A program made the translations under genes and the position numbers. The notes under the pieces are model-generated. The model worked only from the letters and a program-made list of their open reading frames with translations, was not told the origin of the DNA and searched no databases. DNA of 64,000 bases, from contig JAHFNS010000002.1 in assembly GCA_023267215.1 (NCBI GenBank), positions 32,149 to 96,148 on the forward strand, given 5' to 3'. Shown piece after piece: positions 54,791 to 63,153 of this stretch (position 1 is the stretch's first letter; every line of letters starts with the position of its first letter). Origin of the DNA: Candidatus Nomurabacteria bacterium (GTDB taxonomy: Bacteria > Patescibacteriota > Minisyncoccia > Phycocordibacterales > UBA9973).

Positions 54791-55021
54791 TTAATTCTTT
54801 TCATAGTACATTCCTATTGGATGTACTTTGGAAGAGTTCCTAAATTTCTCGAAATACTCTTCTTTTTCTTGTTCTTGTTTTTGTTCCTTTTGTTGTTTTT
54901 CTTTTTCACTTTTCTTTTTTTCTCTTCTTAGTCTTATCTCATAAGAAAGAAAAATCATGAAAGTAAAGAAAACAACGAAAGAAAGTATAGCTACTACCAA
55001 AAACCAAGGAATATTTTCCAT
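54791..55021 (-). CDS. Small single-TM hypothetical protein (start probably ATG 55021)
   Basis: TM helix followed by a K/E/Q-rich tail. Confidence 0.5.
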   Translation of the reverse strand: MENIPWFLVVAILSFVVFFTFMIFLSYEIRLRREKKKSEKEKQQKEQKQEQEKEEYFEKFRNSSKVHPIGMYYEKN

Positions 55022-55121
55022 AGCAGTTCCTCTATATGTTGACAAATTTAGTTTTAAATTACTACTTACTAAACCTTTTGTCAACATTTCAATATCCTCT
55101 CAAGTAATATAAGATGAAATT

Positions 55122-55901
55122 ATGAGAATAGTTATAAAAGTTGGAACTCAGGTCATAGCGAGTAAAAATGGACTTGATCAAAAAAAGATAGCGAAACTTA
55201 CCAAGGAAATTTCTTTTTTGATAAAAAAAGGGCACCAAGTGGTTTTGGTTTCCTCTGGCGCTATCGGCGCAGGATTGCCAAGTGTCCCCTTCACCAACCC
55301 ACATAGGAAAAAAATTGCTGCCGCTATCGGACAACCTATTTTAATACATGATTATTACCGCGAAGCTAAAAAATATAAAATCTCTATTGGTCAAATTTTA
55401 ATTTTAAGTAATGATTTCACCAACCCTGAACGTTTCAAAAATTTAGTTTCCAATATGGAAGCAATGCTCTCTCATAAAATTTTGCCGATTATTAATGAAA
55501 ACGATGTGATGAAGGGAGAAGACTTAACTATCGGAGACAATGATATATTGGGCGCCAAAGTCGCTGTCGGCCTTAAGGCAGATAAACTCATAATTTTGAC
55601 CAATCAAAATGGATTACATACTTGCAACCCTGATCATAATGAAAATGCTAAACTTATTAAAGAAGTTAAAAATATCAATTCTAAGATCGAAAATCTCTGT
55701 TCGGTAGATAAATCAGATTTGGGATTAGGAGGAATGATTTCAAAAGTTTCTGCTGCTAAATATGCCACAAGTCACGGAGTGGAAACATTGGTAGGCAATG
55801 GGAAAGAAAAAGATATAATCATTAAAGCCTTGGGAAAAGATTTTCCAGGCACAAGGTTTATAGCTCCTGCTTCGCTAAAGCCACGCAGGACAGAAAAATA
55901 A
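55122..55901 (+). CDS. proB: Glutamate 5-kinase (no PUA domain)
   Basis: RIVIKVGT, VSSGAI, AAIGQ, PIINEND, GDNDIL, GGMISK. Confidence 0.95.
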   Translation: MRIVIKVGTQVIASKNGLDQKKIAKLTKEISFLIKKGHQVVLVSSGAIGAGLPSVPFTNPHRKKIAAAIGQPILIHDYYREAKKYKISIGQILILSNDFTNPERFKNLVSNMEAMLSHKILPIINENDVMKGEDLTIGDNDILGAKVAVGLKADKLIILTNQNGLHTCNPDHNENAKLIKEVKNINSKIENLCSVDKSDLGLGGMISKVSAAKYATSHGVETLVGNGKEKDIIIKALGKDFPGTRFIAPASLKPRRTEK

Positions 55902-55902
55902 T

Positions 55903-56652
55903 ATGAATATAACAATTATAGGTTACGGAATAATGGGTAAAGCCATAGCTAAAAATCTTTCAAACGATTCTTCAATCAAAATTTTTACTGTTGATGTAGA
56001 TAAAAAAGATTTGAGTGGAATAAAAAAATCTGATTTTATAATTTTAGCAGTCAAGCCTCAAGACGCACCCAAGACAATAAAAGAATTGAAGGATTATGGA
56101 ATAAATAAAAACACCATAATAATTTCAATTATGGCAGGTTTTCCAATCAAAAAAATAATTAATCTTTCTGATTGTAAAAAAGTAATAAGAATGATGCCAA
56201 ATTTAGGATTATCGGTAGGGGTAGGCATAGCGGCTTGGAAACAATTAAATTTATCAAAACTAGAAATAAAAAAATCTACAAATTTTATAAACAAAATTAC
56301 AGAAAATTTTGAAGTACAAAATGAAGATGTATTAAATAAAATAACAGCCCTCTCTGGTAGCGGACCTGCATATTTTTTTCTTCTAGCAGAATACTTAACA
56401 AAAGCCGGAGAAAAAATAGGACTGACAAAAGAACAAAGTAAAAAATTGGTAGGAAAAACATTTTTAGCTTCTGCCCTACTTAGTAAAGATGCTGATTATT
56501 CTATGTTAATAGAGAAAATCGCTTCCAAGGGTGGCACTACAGAGGCTGCTTTAAAAGTTTTCAAAAATAAAAATTTAGAGAAAACTGTGTTAGAAGCTGT
56601 CACTTCCGCTTATAAAAGAGCAAAAAAACTTTCAAAAGCTCCGCTTAAGTAA
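55903..56652 (+). CDS. proC: Pyrroline-5-carboxylate reductase
   Basis: IGYGIMG, LAVKPQ, RMMPN, SGSGPAYFF, ASKGGTT. Confidence 0.95.
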   Translation: MNITIIGYGIMGKAIAKNLSNDSSIKIFTVDVDKKDLSGIKKSDFIILAVKPQDAPKTIKELKDYGINKNTIIISIMAGFPIKKIINLSDCKKVIRMMPNLGLSVGVGIAAWKQLNLSKLEIKKSTNFINKITENFEVQNEDVLNKITALSGSGPAYFFLLAEYLTKAGEKIGLTKEQSKKLVGKTFLASALLSKDADYSMLIEKIASKGGTTEAALKVFKNKNLEKTVLEAVTSAYKRAKKLSKAPLK

Positions 56653-56683
56653 TTCCCTAAGCGGAGCTTTGGGGAAAATAACA

Positions 56684-57940
56684 ATGAATAAAAAGATTCA
56701 AAAACAACTACATAATGTAAAAGAAGCATCCAAGTCATTTGGACTTTTAACACACACAAAAAGAAATTTGATTCTAAAAAATCTGAAAGTAGAATTGTTA
56801 AAAAACAAAAAAGAAATCATAAAAACTAACGCAAAAGACTTAAAAAAAATTAATAAAGAAAGCCCCCTGTACGACCGTCTTCTCTTGGATGAGACACGCA
56901 TAGAAGGTATGGCAAAAGAAATTGAAAGTTTAATAAAAATGAAAGACCCAGTCGGTGAGATTTTTGATTGTAGAGAAAATCTAGGTTTAAAAATCTGCAA
57001 AAAGAAAGTACCGCTCGGAGTCATCGGTATTATCTATGAATCAAGACCAAATGTGACGACAGATGTATCTGCTATTTGCATCAAATCAGGGAACGCTATT
57101 ATTCTGAAAGGTGGCAAAGAAGCGAGAGAAAGTAATTTGCTACTTTGTAAACTTATAAAAAATGCTCTGGTCAAAGCTCATGTAAGTCCAGAAATAATTC
57201 AATTTATTGATCCAAAAATAAAAAATAGTGTTTTAGATATAATCTCTGCTAATGGTTTGATAGATGTTGTCATCCCTCGTGGAAGTGCAAATTTAATAAA
57301 TTTCATAAGAGAAAATACTACAGTCCCTCTCATAGAAACTGGTGCTGGAGTTTGTCATACATATGTGGATGAAAGTGCAAAACTTTCAGAATCAGCTGAA
57401 ATTATTTTTAATGCAAAGACACAACGCCCAAGCGTCTGTAATGCACTCGACACACTGCTCGTACATAAGAAAATAGCAAAAGAATTTTTACCAAAAGTAG
57501 CCAAACTTTTAGTAGAAAAAAATGTAGAAATATTTGCCGATCCTGAAAGCCATAAAATTTTAGAAAATATTTATCCAGAAAATCTTTTGCAAATTGCCAA
57601 AGCAACAGATTTCGGACGAGAATTTTTAAGCCAGAAAATGTCTATCAAAATAGTTCCAAATATTGATGAGGCTATAAAATTTATTCAAAAATATTCTTCC
57701 AAACATTCTGAAGCAATACTGACAGAAAATAGAAACAATGCTGAAAAGTTTTTGAATGAAATAGATTCAGCTGTTGTTTATACCAATGCTTCCACCCGCT
57801 TCTCTGATGGTGCTGTTTTTGGTCTCGGTTCGGAAATAGGTATCTCAACTCAAAAAATCCATGCCCGTGGCCCGATGGGTCCATCCGAAATGACAACTTA
57901 TAAATGGATCGTCACCGGAAACTACAATACTAGAAAATAA
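56684..57940 (+). CDS. proA: Gamma-glutamyl phosphate reductase (start probably ATG 56684)
   Basis: VPLGVIGIIYESRPNVT, PSVCNALDTLL, NASTRFSDG, ISTQKIHARGP. Confidence 0.97.
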   Translation: MNKKIQKQLHNVKEASKSFGLLTHTKRNLILKNLKVELLKNKKEIIKTNAKDLKKINKESPLYDRLLLDETRIEGMAKEIESLIKMKDPVGEIFDCRENLGLKICKKKVPLGVIGIIYESRPNVTTDVSAICIKSGNAIILKGGKEARESNLLLCKLIKNALVKAHVSPEIIQFIDPKIKNSVLDIISANGLIDVVIPRGSANLINFIRENTTVPLIETGAGVCHTYVDESAKLSESAEIIFNAKTQRPSVCNALDTLLVHKKIAKEFLPKVAKLLVEKNVEIFADPESHKILENIYPENLLQIAKATDFGREFLSQKMSIKIVPNIDEAIKFIQKYSSKHSEAILTENRNNAEKFLNEIDSAVVYTNASTRFSDGAVFGLGSEIGISTQKIHARGPMGPSEMTTYKWIVTGNYNTRK

Positions 57941-57954
57941 ACAGGCAAGGCCTG

Positions 57955-59001
57955 TTAAATTTTGTTTTCTTTTATTTTTCTTTTCAATTTATACGCATTC
58001 CCATGACTAAGCATCCCCAAATAAGATTGTATAGTATTTGGTTTGGGATTTTTGTTAATATTCCTAAACATCCTTCTTTTTGTAGCAGTGCGTAATACTC
58101 TATGCTTCGGAAAATGCACCCAACCAAGAAAATCTACACCGGAGTAGATTGTTTTAATAAATACTTTATCTGGGTGCATATTTAACTTTAGTTTAGTCTC
58201 TAAAAATTCTTTCATTACTTTCAGTGTGTTTTCTAAATATTCTTTATCGTCTGAAAGAACAACAAAATCATCTGCATATCTAATGTAATATTTTACTTTC
58301 AGTTTATGTTTTATATATTGATCAAATTCATTCATATAGATATTTACTAAAAGTTGAGAAGTTAAATTACCAAGTGGTAAACCTTTCAATGACACATTCT
58401 CTGCCATGGCAGAAAGTGTGTCATTTTGTATATATACACTATCACTGATATCTGTATTTGTGTGGAAGCTATTTATTATTTGTTCTAATAACCAGATAAT
58501 GTCTTCATCTTTTACATGCTTTGTCAGAATATCTTTCAAAATATTGTGATCTATGTTTGCAAAGAATTTTCTAATATCGCATTTTAATACAAAACAAGTT
58601 TTAGCGCTGTTTTTAGAAACAATTCTTATCATTTGCCTAAATCTGTTTATAGATCTATGAGTTCCTTTTTCTATTCTGCAAGAATATGAATCATAAATAA
58701 ATTTACTATCAAAATAACCATAGAATTCTTGATAAATTAAGTGATGAAGTAATCTATCTCGCACCATCGCCTTATGAATTTGTCTCGGTTTTGGGTCAGA
58801 AATATTAAAAGCTTTATAACCACCATGCACATAAGTTTTGTTTTTTAAATCAATATATAAATCAAAAATATTATCCATCAATTTAGATTGAAACAATATC
58901 ACATCATTTTTCTTTTTCTTGTCATGTAAAAACTCCTGCCAAGCTTGAAGTAATTTTTCTATAGTTATGATATTATCGTATGTATGAATAAATCGTCTCA
59001 T
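57955..59001 (-). CDS. DGR-type reverse transcriptase
   Basis: RDRLLHH, KGTH, LKCDIRKFF, GLPLGNLTSQ, YIRYADDF, GVDFLG; no maturase or endonuclease domain; next to TR/VR. Confidence 0.95.
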   Translation of the reverse strand: MRRFIHTYDNIITIEKLLQAWQEFLHDKKKKNDVILFQSKLMDNIFDLYIDLKNKTYVHGGYKAFNISDPKPRQIHKAMVRDRLLHHLIYQEFYGYFDSKFIYDSYSCRIEKGTHRSINRFRQMIRIVSKNSAKTCFVLKCDIRKFFANIDHNILKDILTKHVKDEDIIWLLEQIINSFHTNTDISDSVYIQNDTLSAMAENVSLKGLPLGNLTSQLLVNIYMNEFDQYIKHKLKVKYYIRYADDFVVLSDDKEYLENTLKVMKEFLETKLKLNMHPDKVFIKTIYSGVDFLGWVHFPKHRVLRTATKRRMFRNINKNPKPNTIQSYLGMLSHGNAYKLKRKIKENKI

Positions 59002-59002
59002 A

Positions 59003-59374
59003 TTGGTATCACCCCCCCCCGCAGCGCCTTCAGCGCTTCTAAAAGCAAAAATCGCTTACTCTTTTTGGTTTAAAATATATAATGATTTTCCAAAGGCACA
59101 TCGCTATATTTTAGGTGAAAAAATTGGAGATTATTTTCTGGCTCTTTTAGAAAACATTTTTATTTCAATATATCTACCACCAGAACAAAAAATACAGAGG
59201 CTCACAATAGCTATTTCTAAACTAGATGGTGTAAAGTTCTTCTTACAAATTGCTTGGGAAAACAAATGTATTCCTAGTGAAAAATATTCTACTCTTTCAG
59301 AACTTTTAAATGAAATCGGCAGAATGCTGGGTGGTTGGAAAAAAGGACTTGAAAAGAAAACCCCTCAGAAATAA
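59003..59374 (+). CDS. avd: DGR accessory variability determinant (Avd / four-helix bundle)
   Basis: FPKAHRYILGEKI, KFFLQIAWE, LNEIGRMLGGWKK. Confidence 0.88.
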   Translation: MVSPPPAAPSALLKAKIAYSFWFKIYNDFPKAHRYILGEKIGDYFLALLENIFISIYLPPEQKIQRLTIAISKLDGVKFFLQIAWENKCIPSEKYSTLSELLNEIGRMLGGWKKGLEKKTPQK

Positions 59375-59392
59375 TCCAAGGAGAAAGATATT

Positions 59393-59508
59393 GTTTCTGA
59401 AGCAGACACCATTGCCAGCATTCCACTCATTGTCGGGATTGACCTTGTTCACGTTGACGTTGAGCTGACCATCATCGTTGCGATACGCGTTAAAGCGGTA
59501 CAAATTGT
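59393..59508 (-). repeat. DGR template repeat (TR)
   Basis: 116-bp copy of the target gene 3' end, rich in AAC/AAT codons; all 13 mismatches to VR are at TR adenines. Confidence 0.96.
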
Positions 59509-59760
59509 GGAAATAATCATCTTTTTCACTGCCAGCCTAAGCGCAATTAAATGCCAGAGACTGTGCTGTATTTTATTTGGGACATAAAAGTCCACCAATT
59601 ATTTCCACCAACATTTTCTTTTTTGTTTTAGAAATATAACTGCCCTCTTATGTAAGCCTTGGCCGACACAACTCTCACAAATTATTTTTCTAGAATCCCC
59701 ACTCTCAAGCCGTGACCGAAGAGTTATTAAGAATTCCTTCTTTATTATATATTAAAAAAA

Positions 59761-59802
59761 GAAAAAGGGCCTAAGACACAAAGTATCTAAGGACCCTTTT
59801 TT
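59761..59802 (-). terminator. Hairpin just 3' of VR (DGR recognition hairpin and/or terminator)
   Basis: AAAAAGGGCCTAAGACAC-AAA-GTATCTAAGGACCCTTTTT, about 17 bp after the target stop. Confidence 0.65.
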
Positions 59803-59818
59803 ATTAAGAAACATAGTT

Positions 59819-60496
59819 TCAGTTGCTGAAGCAGACACCATTGCCAGCACTCCACTCATAGTCGGGATTGACCCTGCCCACGTCGACGTAGAGCTGACCA
59901 CCATCGATGCGATACGCGCGAAAGCGGTACAAAGTGTCAACACCATCAACTTTAAAGTAGACGATGACACCTGTTCCTTTTATATCAACTTCACCGAAGA
60001 GAATAACTTTACAGATTATAGAAAGTCCTTCAAGATAAGAATAGACTTTTTTAATTCCAGTATTTTCAGCTTCTTCAAGAATCTGTTTGTGAGTTAAGTT
60101 GGGAATAAACCGATACACTACAGTAATAAAGCCTTTAGGTATATCAAGAACCGTTTTTCCGTTAAAGTAATTCCAAAGATCTTTATCAATGAACGGAACG
60201 ACATTTTTTAATCTAGCTTCTCTTTCGAGAACTGATTTTAGAAAAGTCATCACTGTATCTTCACTGACTGTAAATAACTCTGGACTTTTAGGAATAGTAA
60301 GGGTTTTTGTTTTTTGAAAAAGTTTTGAAACAAATTCTTTGACTCCCAAAAATTCAAGAAGTTCAGGTTTTGTAAAGTGATTAACCTTGTTATGCGCCCT
60401 GAAACGCAAGTCATTATTTGCAACATTCTGACGAATTCTCTTTATGAGACTGTCAACGCGCTTGTTGCCACGTGCGGTGTTGTTTTTGTTTGGCAT
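59819..60496 (-). CDS. DGR target protein with a C-terminal variable region
   Basis: Ends LYRFRAYRIDGGQLYVDVGRVNPDYEWSAGNGVCFSN*, encoded by VR. Confidence 0.92.
   Translation of the reverse strand: MPNKNNTARGNKRVDSLIKRIRQNVANNDLRFRAHNKVNHFTKPELLEFLGVKEFVSKLFQKTKTLTIPKSPELFTVSEDTVMTFLKSVLEREARLKNVVPFIDKDLWNYFNGKTVLDIPKGFITVVYRFIPNLTHKQILEEAENTGIKKVYSYLEGLSIICKVILFGEVDIKGTGVIVYFKVDGVDTLYRFRAYRIDGGQLYVDVGRVNPDYEWSAGNGVCFSN
59822..59937 (-). repeat. DGR variable repeat (VR)
   Basis: Ungapped alignment to TR at offset 429. Confidence 0.96.
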
Positions 60497-60646
60497 TTTG
60501 CACCATCCTATAGTTTTTTAAGAACTTGAGCCGATTTTTCTGTGTTTTTTACAGAACGGAACGGTTTCTAACCTTTGTTATATTATATACCTTTTTAACA
60601 AAAAGTCAAGAGGAAAAATATTTCATAACAAGCTATAATAAAAAAC

Positions 60647-61834
60647 ATGAAATATTGTAAAGATTGCGAACCAGCACAAGAAAATCATTTTGTAGCCTAT
60701 TTATCAGTTGTTTTGGATTATATTAGCCAACCACTTTTTAATATCATGGAATTGCTTTTTAAAAGCACAGCGGAAGCAATCTCTTCTAGGGTTTCTATTC
60801 CATTCATGCAATTAATGGTTTTTTTAGGGTTTGCTCATTTTTCAGAACGACCTGACAGTAAAGACACATTGCGTACAAAATGTTTTTGGGAAGAAGCAGA
60901 GAGACGCGGAATAAAAATGCGAGAATTTAAAATGGGTTTAATTAAAGATTCTTTTATTGCCGAATACAAAGGAAAAAGAATAAGTTTTGATGGTCTACCT
61001 CGAGGAGAAGAGGGAGAATCTGGAGCTATTGATTGGATGGACAATAAAGGTATCATGAAAATAAAATTTCTAAAAGAAGATTTGCCTGTTGCTCGTGGCG
61101 GAGTGGCTTTTACAAAAAAGAAGGCACTTAAAATTTTTAATGAAATTACTAAACCCGTGATCACGAAACCAAATTTGGGTTCACGTTCTCGTCATACTTT
61201 GATACATATAGATACACCTGAAAAATTAATCTATGGTTTTGAAAAAGCAAAAAAGCTTTCTCCTCTCGTCGTGATAGAAGAAGAATTGCGAGGATATCTT
61301 TTTAGAGCAACTTTAGTAAATAGTAAATTAGTCGGCGTTGTGAGACGCGACCAACCAGAAGTGACAGGTGACGGAATCCATACTTTGCAAGAATTGATGG
61401 ATAAAGAAAATGAGCGCGCCGAAAGAAAAGGACCTATATTCCATAAAATAATTATTGACCCCGATGCAGAAGTAGAATTAAAACGCGAAGGAATTAAAAT
61501 GGAAGATATTCCAGCCGCCCACAAGGTCATCACTTTTTCTCAAAAGACTAGTCGTGGCATTGGTGGGACAACGACAGAAGTAACAGATTTAATCCATCCG
61601 GAAAATGTTAAGATGTTAGAAAAATTAGGAGCCTATTTGAAAGATCCACTCGTTGGCGTTGATCTCATAATAGAAAAGATAGAAGAACCTTGGTACACCG
61701 AACAACATTGCGGAATAATAGAATGCAACAGTCTGCCATTTATAGATTTGCATCACTACCCTCTTTTCGGAAAACCAAACAATGTAGCCGGTAAACTCTG
61801 GGACTTTGCAATGCCTGAATCTAAAGGGAAATAA
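60647..61834 (+). CDS. ATP-grasp ligase (cyanophycin synthetase / GshF-like ATP-grasp domain)
   Basis: PVITKP, VTGDGIHTLQEL, GGTTTEVTDLIHP, GVDLI, IIECNSLP. Confidence 0.8.
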   Translation: MKYCKDCEPAQENHFVAYLSVVLDYISQPLFNIMELLFKSTAEAISSRVSIPFMQLMVFLGFAHFSERPDSKDTLRTKCFWEEAERRGIKMREFKMGLIKDSFIAEYKGKRISFDGLPRGEEGESGAIDWMDNKGIMKIKFLKEDLPVARGGVAFTKKKALKIFNEITKPVITKPNLGSRSRHTLIHIDTPEKLIYGFEKAKKLSPLVVIEEELRGYLFRATLVNSKLVGVVRRDQPEVTGDGIHTLQELMDKENERAERKGPIFHKIIIDPDAEVELKREGIKMEDIPAAHKVITFSQKTSRGIGGTTTEVTDLIHPENVKMLEKLGAYLKDPLVGVDLIIEKIEEPWYTEQHCGIIECNSLPFIDLHHYPLFGKPNNVAGKLWDFAMPESKGK

Positions 61835-61869
61835 AAAAGGCCAGAAAACTGGCCCTTGTAAACTTTTCA

Positions 61870-62190
61870 TTAAATCTTTGAGATACTAAATGTCCCAAAA
61901 AAATTTTTCCTTTTTTTAAATAACAAAGAAATAGAGTACTTACTTCCTTCTGCGATAACTACTACAATAAAACCTGTGTTTGATACATTGAGGTCTTTCG
62001 GTTTTGTAATAATAGAACCAAGAATTCCAGCCTCAGTATAAAATTTTATTTTAAAATCTTCTTCATTTTTTTCATAAGAAAAAATCTCTTCTAATGAAAA
62101 ACTCGAAGTAAACTCTTTTTCTATTGGCTTATTCGCACAATCAAAATCTGTTATTTCCAATAGCTTCTGTTGATCTAATAATACTTGCAT
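61870..62190 (-). CDS. Hypothetical protein
   Basis: 106-aa ORF with AGAGG upstream. Confidence 0.5.
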   Translation of the reverse strand: MQVLLDQQKLLEITDFDCANKPIEKEFTSSFSLEEIFSYEKNEEDFKIKFYTEAGILGSIITKPKDLNVSNTGFIVVVIAEGSKYSISLLFKKRKNFFGTFSISKI

Positions 62191-62257
62191 ATTATCCTCT
62201 ATTTATGATGAATTTTCTACTCTTATTCTAAACTAAAAAAATCATTCTGTCAACTAC

Positions 62258-62408
62258 AATACAACCCCCTATCCCCCTTGTCAGGGAAGGAACACCTCAC
62301 CCCTAACCCCTCTCCAAAATTTTAATTTTGGAGAGGGGAAAATCTGCTTAATAGCAGATTGGGGTGAGGTAAAGTCCCCCTGATAAGGGGGATTTAGGGG
62401 GTTGTATT
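62258..62408. repeat. Nested palindromic element; a 106-bp portion is repeated at 63041-63146
   Basis: Outer IR AATACAACCCCCTA..TCCCCCTTGTCAGGG / CCCTGATAAGGGGGA..TAGGGGGTTGTATT encloses ACCTCACCCC...GGGGTGAGGT. Confidence 0.88.
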
Positions 62409-62446
62409 AAAATACAGCTTTGTTAATATATATGTAATAAAATTTT

Positions 62447-63070
62447 ATGACTTTCATATCTTTAATTTTAACTATTCTAAGTTCTCTTATATTTTTAGGA
62501 TTTTTTATTTTATATAATAAAAATATTTTAAATGGTTCTATAAAACCAAACATTGTCACTTGGAGTCTTTTTGCTTTAATTACTCTTATCAATTCACTCA
62601 CCTATATTTCTTTTACTCATGACATTTTTAAAGGGGCACTCGCTTTTACAGATTGTTTCACTTGTATTATCATTACTTCTTTAATTCTTTTTAAAAATCA
62701 AAATTTTAAAATAAACACTTCAGAAAAAGTAATAATTCTTCTATCTATTTTATCTTTGATAATTTGGTATATATTACATTCAGCAGTATATGCAAATCTA
62801 TTATTACAACCAGCTTATATTTTAGCTTTTATTCCAACTCTTAAAAATGTATGGAAAAATCCAAAGGATGAAAGCACATTGGTATGGCTTATGTGGGCAG
62901 TTTCTTTTATTTTAACCATCATGGTAATAATAATCCGTTGGGAAAACAATTGGGCAGATTTAATTAACCCATTAATTGCATTAATTCTTCACACGAGTGT
63001 CGGTTTACTTGCATTACGTAAAATTAAAATCCAAAATACAACCTCACCCCTAACCCCTCTCCAAAATTAA
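62447..63070 (+). CDS. Multi-TM membrane protein (PQ-loop-like)
   Basis: IKPNIVTW and FIPTLKNVWKNPKDES duplicated TM module. Confidence 0.65.
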   Translation: MTFISLILTILSSLIFLGFFILYNKNILNGSIKPNIVTWSLFALITLINSLTYISFTHDIFKGALAFTDCFTCIIITSLILFKNQNFKINTSEKVIILLSILSLIIWYILHSAVYANLLLQPAYILAFIPTLKNVWKNPKDESTLVWLMWAVSFILTIMVIIIRWENNWADLINPLIALILHTSVGLLALRKIKIQNTTSPLTPLQN

Positions 63071-63146
63071 AATTTTGGAGAGGGGAAAATCTGCTTAATA
63101 GCAGATTGGGGTGAGGTAAAGTCCCCCTGATAAGGGGGATCTAGGG
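63041..63146. repeat. Second copy of the palindromic element
   Basis: Matches 62294-62399 with 3 mismatches. Confidence 0.9.
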
Positions 63147-63153
63147 AGTTTAT

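Larger units (their letters stand above)
57955..60496. mobile_element. Diversity-generating retroelement cassette (target, TR, avd, RT)
   Basis: RT, Avd and a TR/VR pair with adenine-specific substitutions. Confidence 0.95.

Noticed and set aside
57955-59001. RT as a group II intron, retron or Abi RT
   Set aside because: Short, no maturase or endonuclease domain, has the LTSQ motif, and sits with Avd and an adenine-specific TR/VR pair.
59306-59503. 65-aa ORF resembling the target C-terminus
   Set aside because: It is the translation of the TR; the open frame is inherited from VR homology and it runs antisense into avd.
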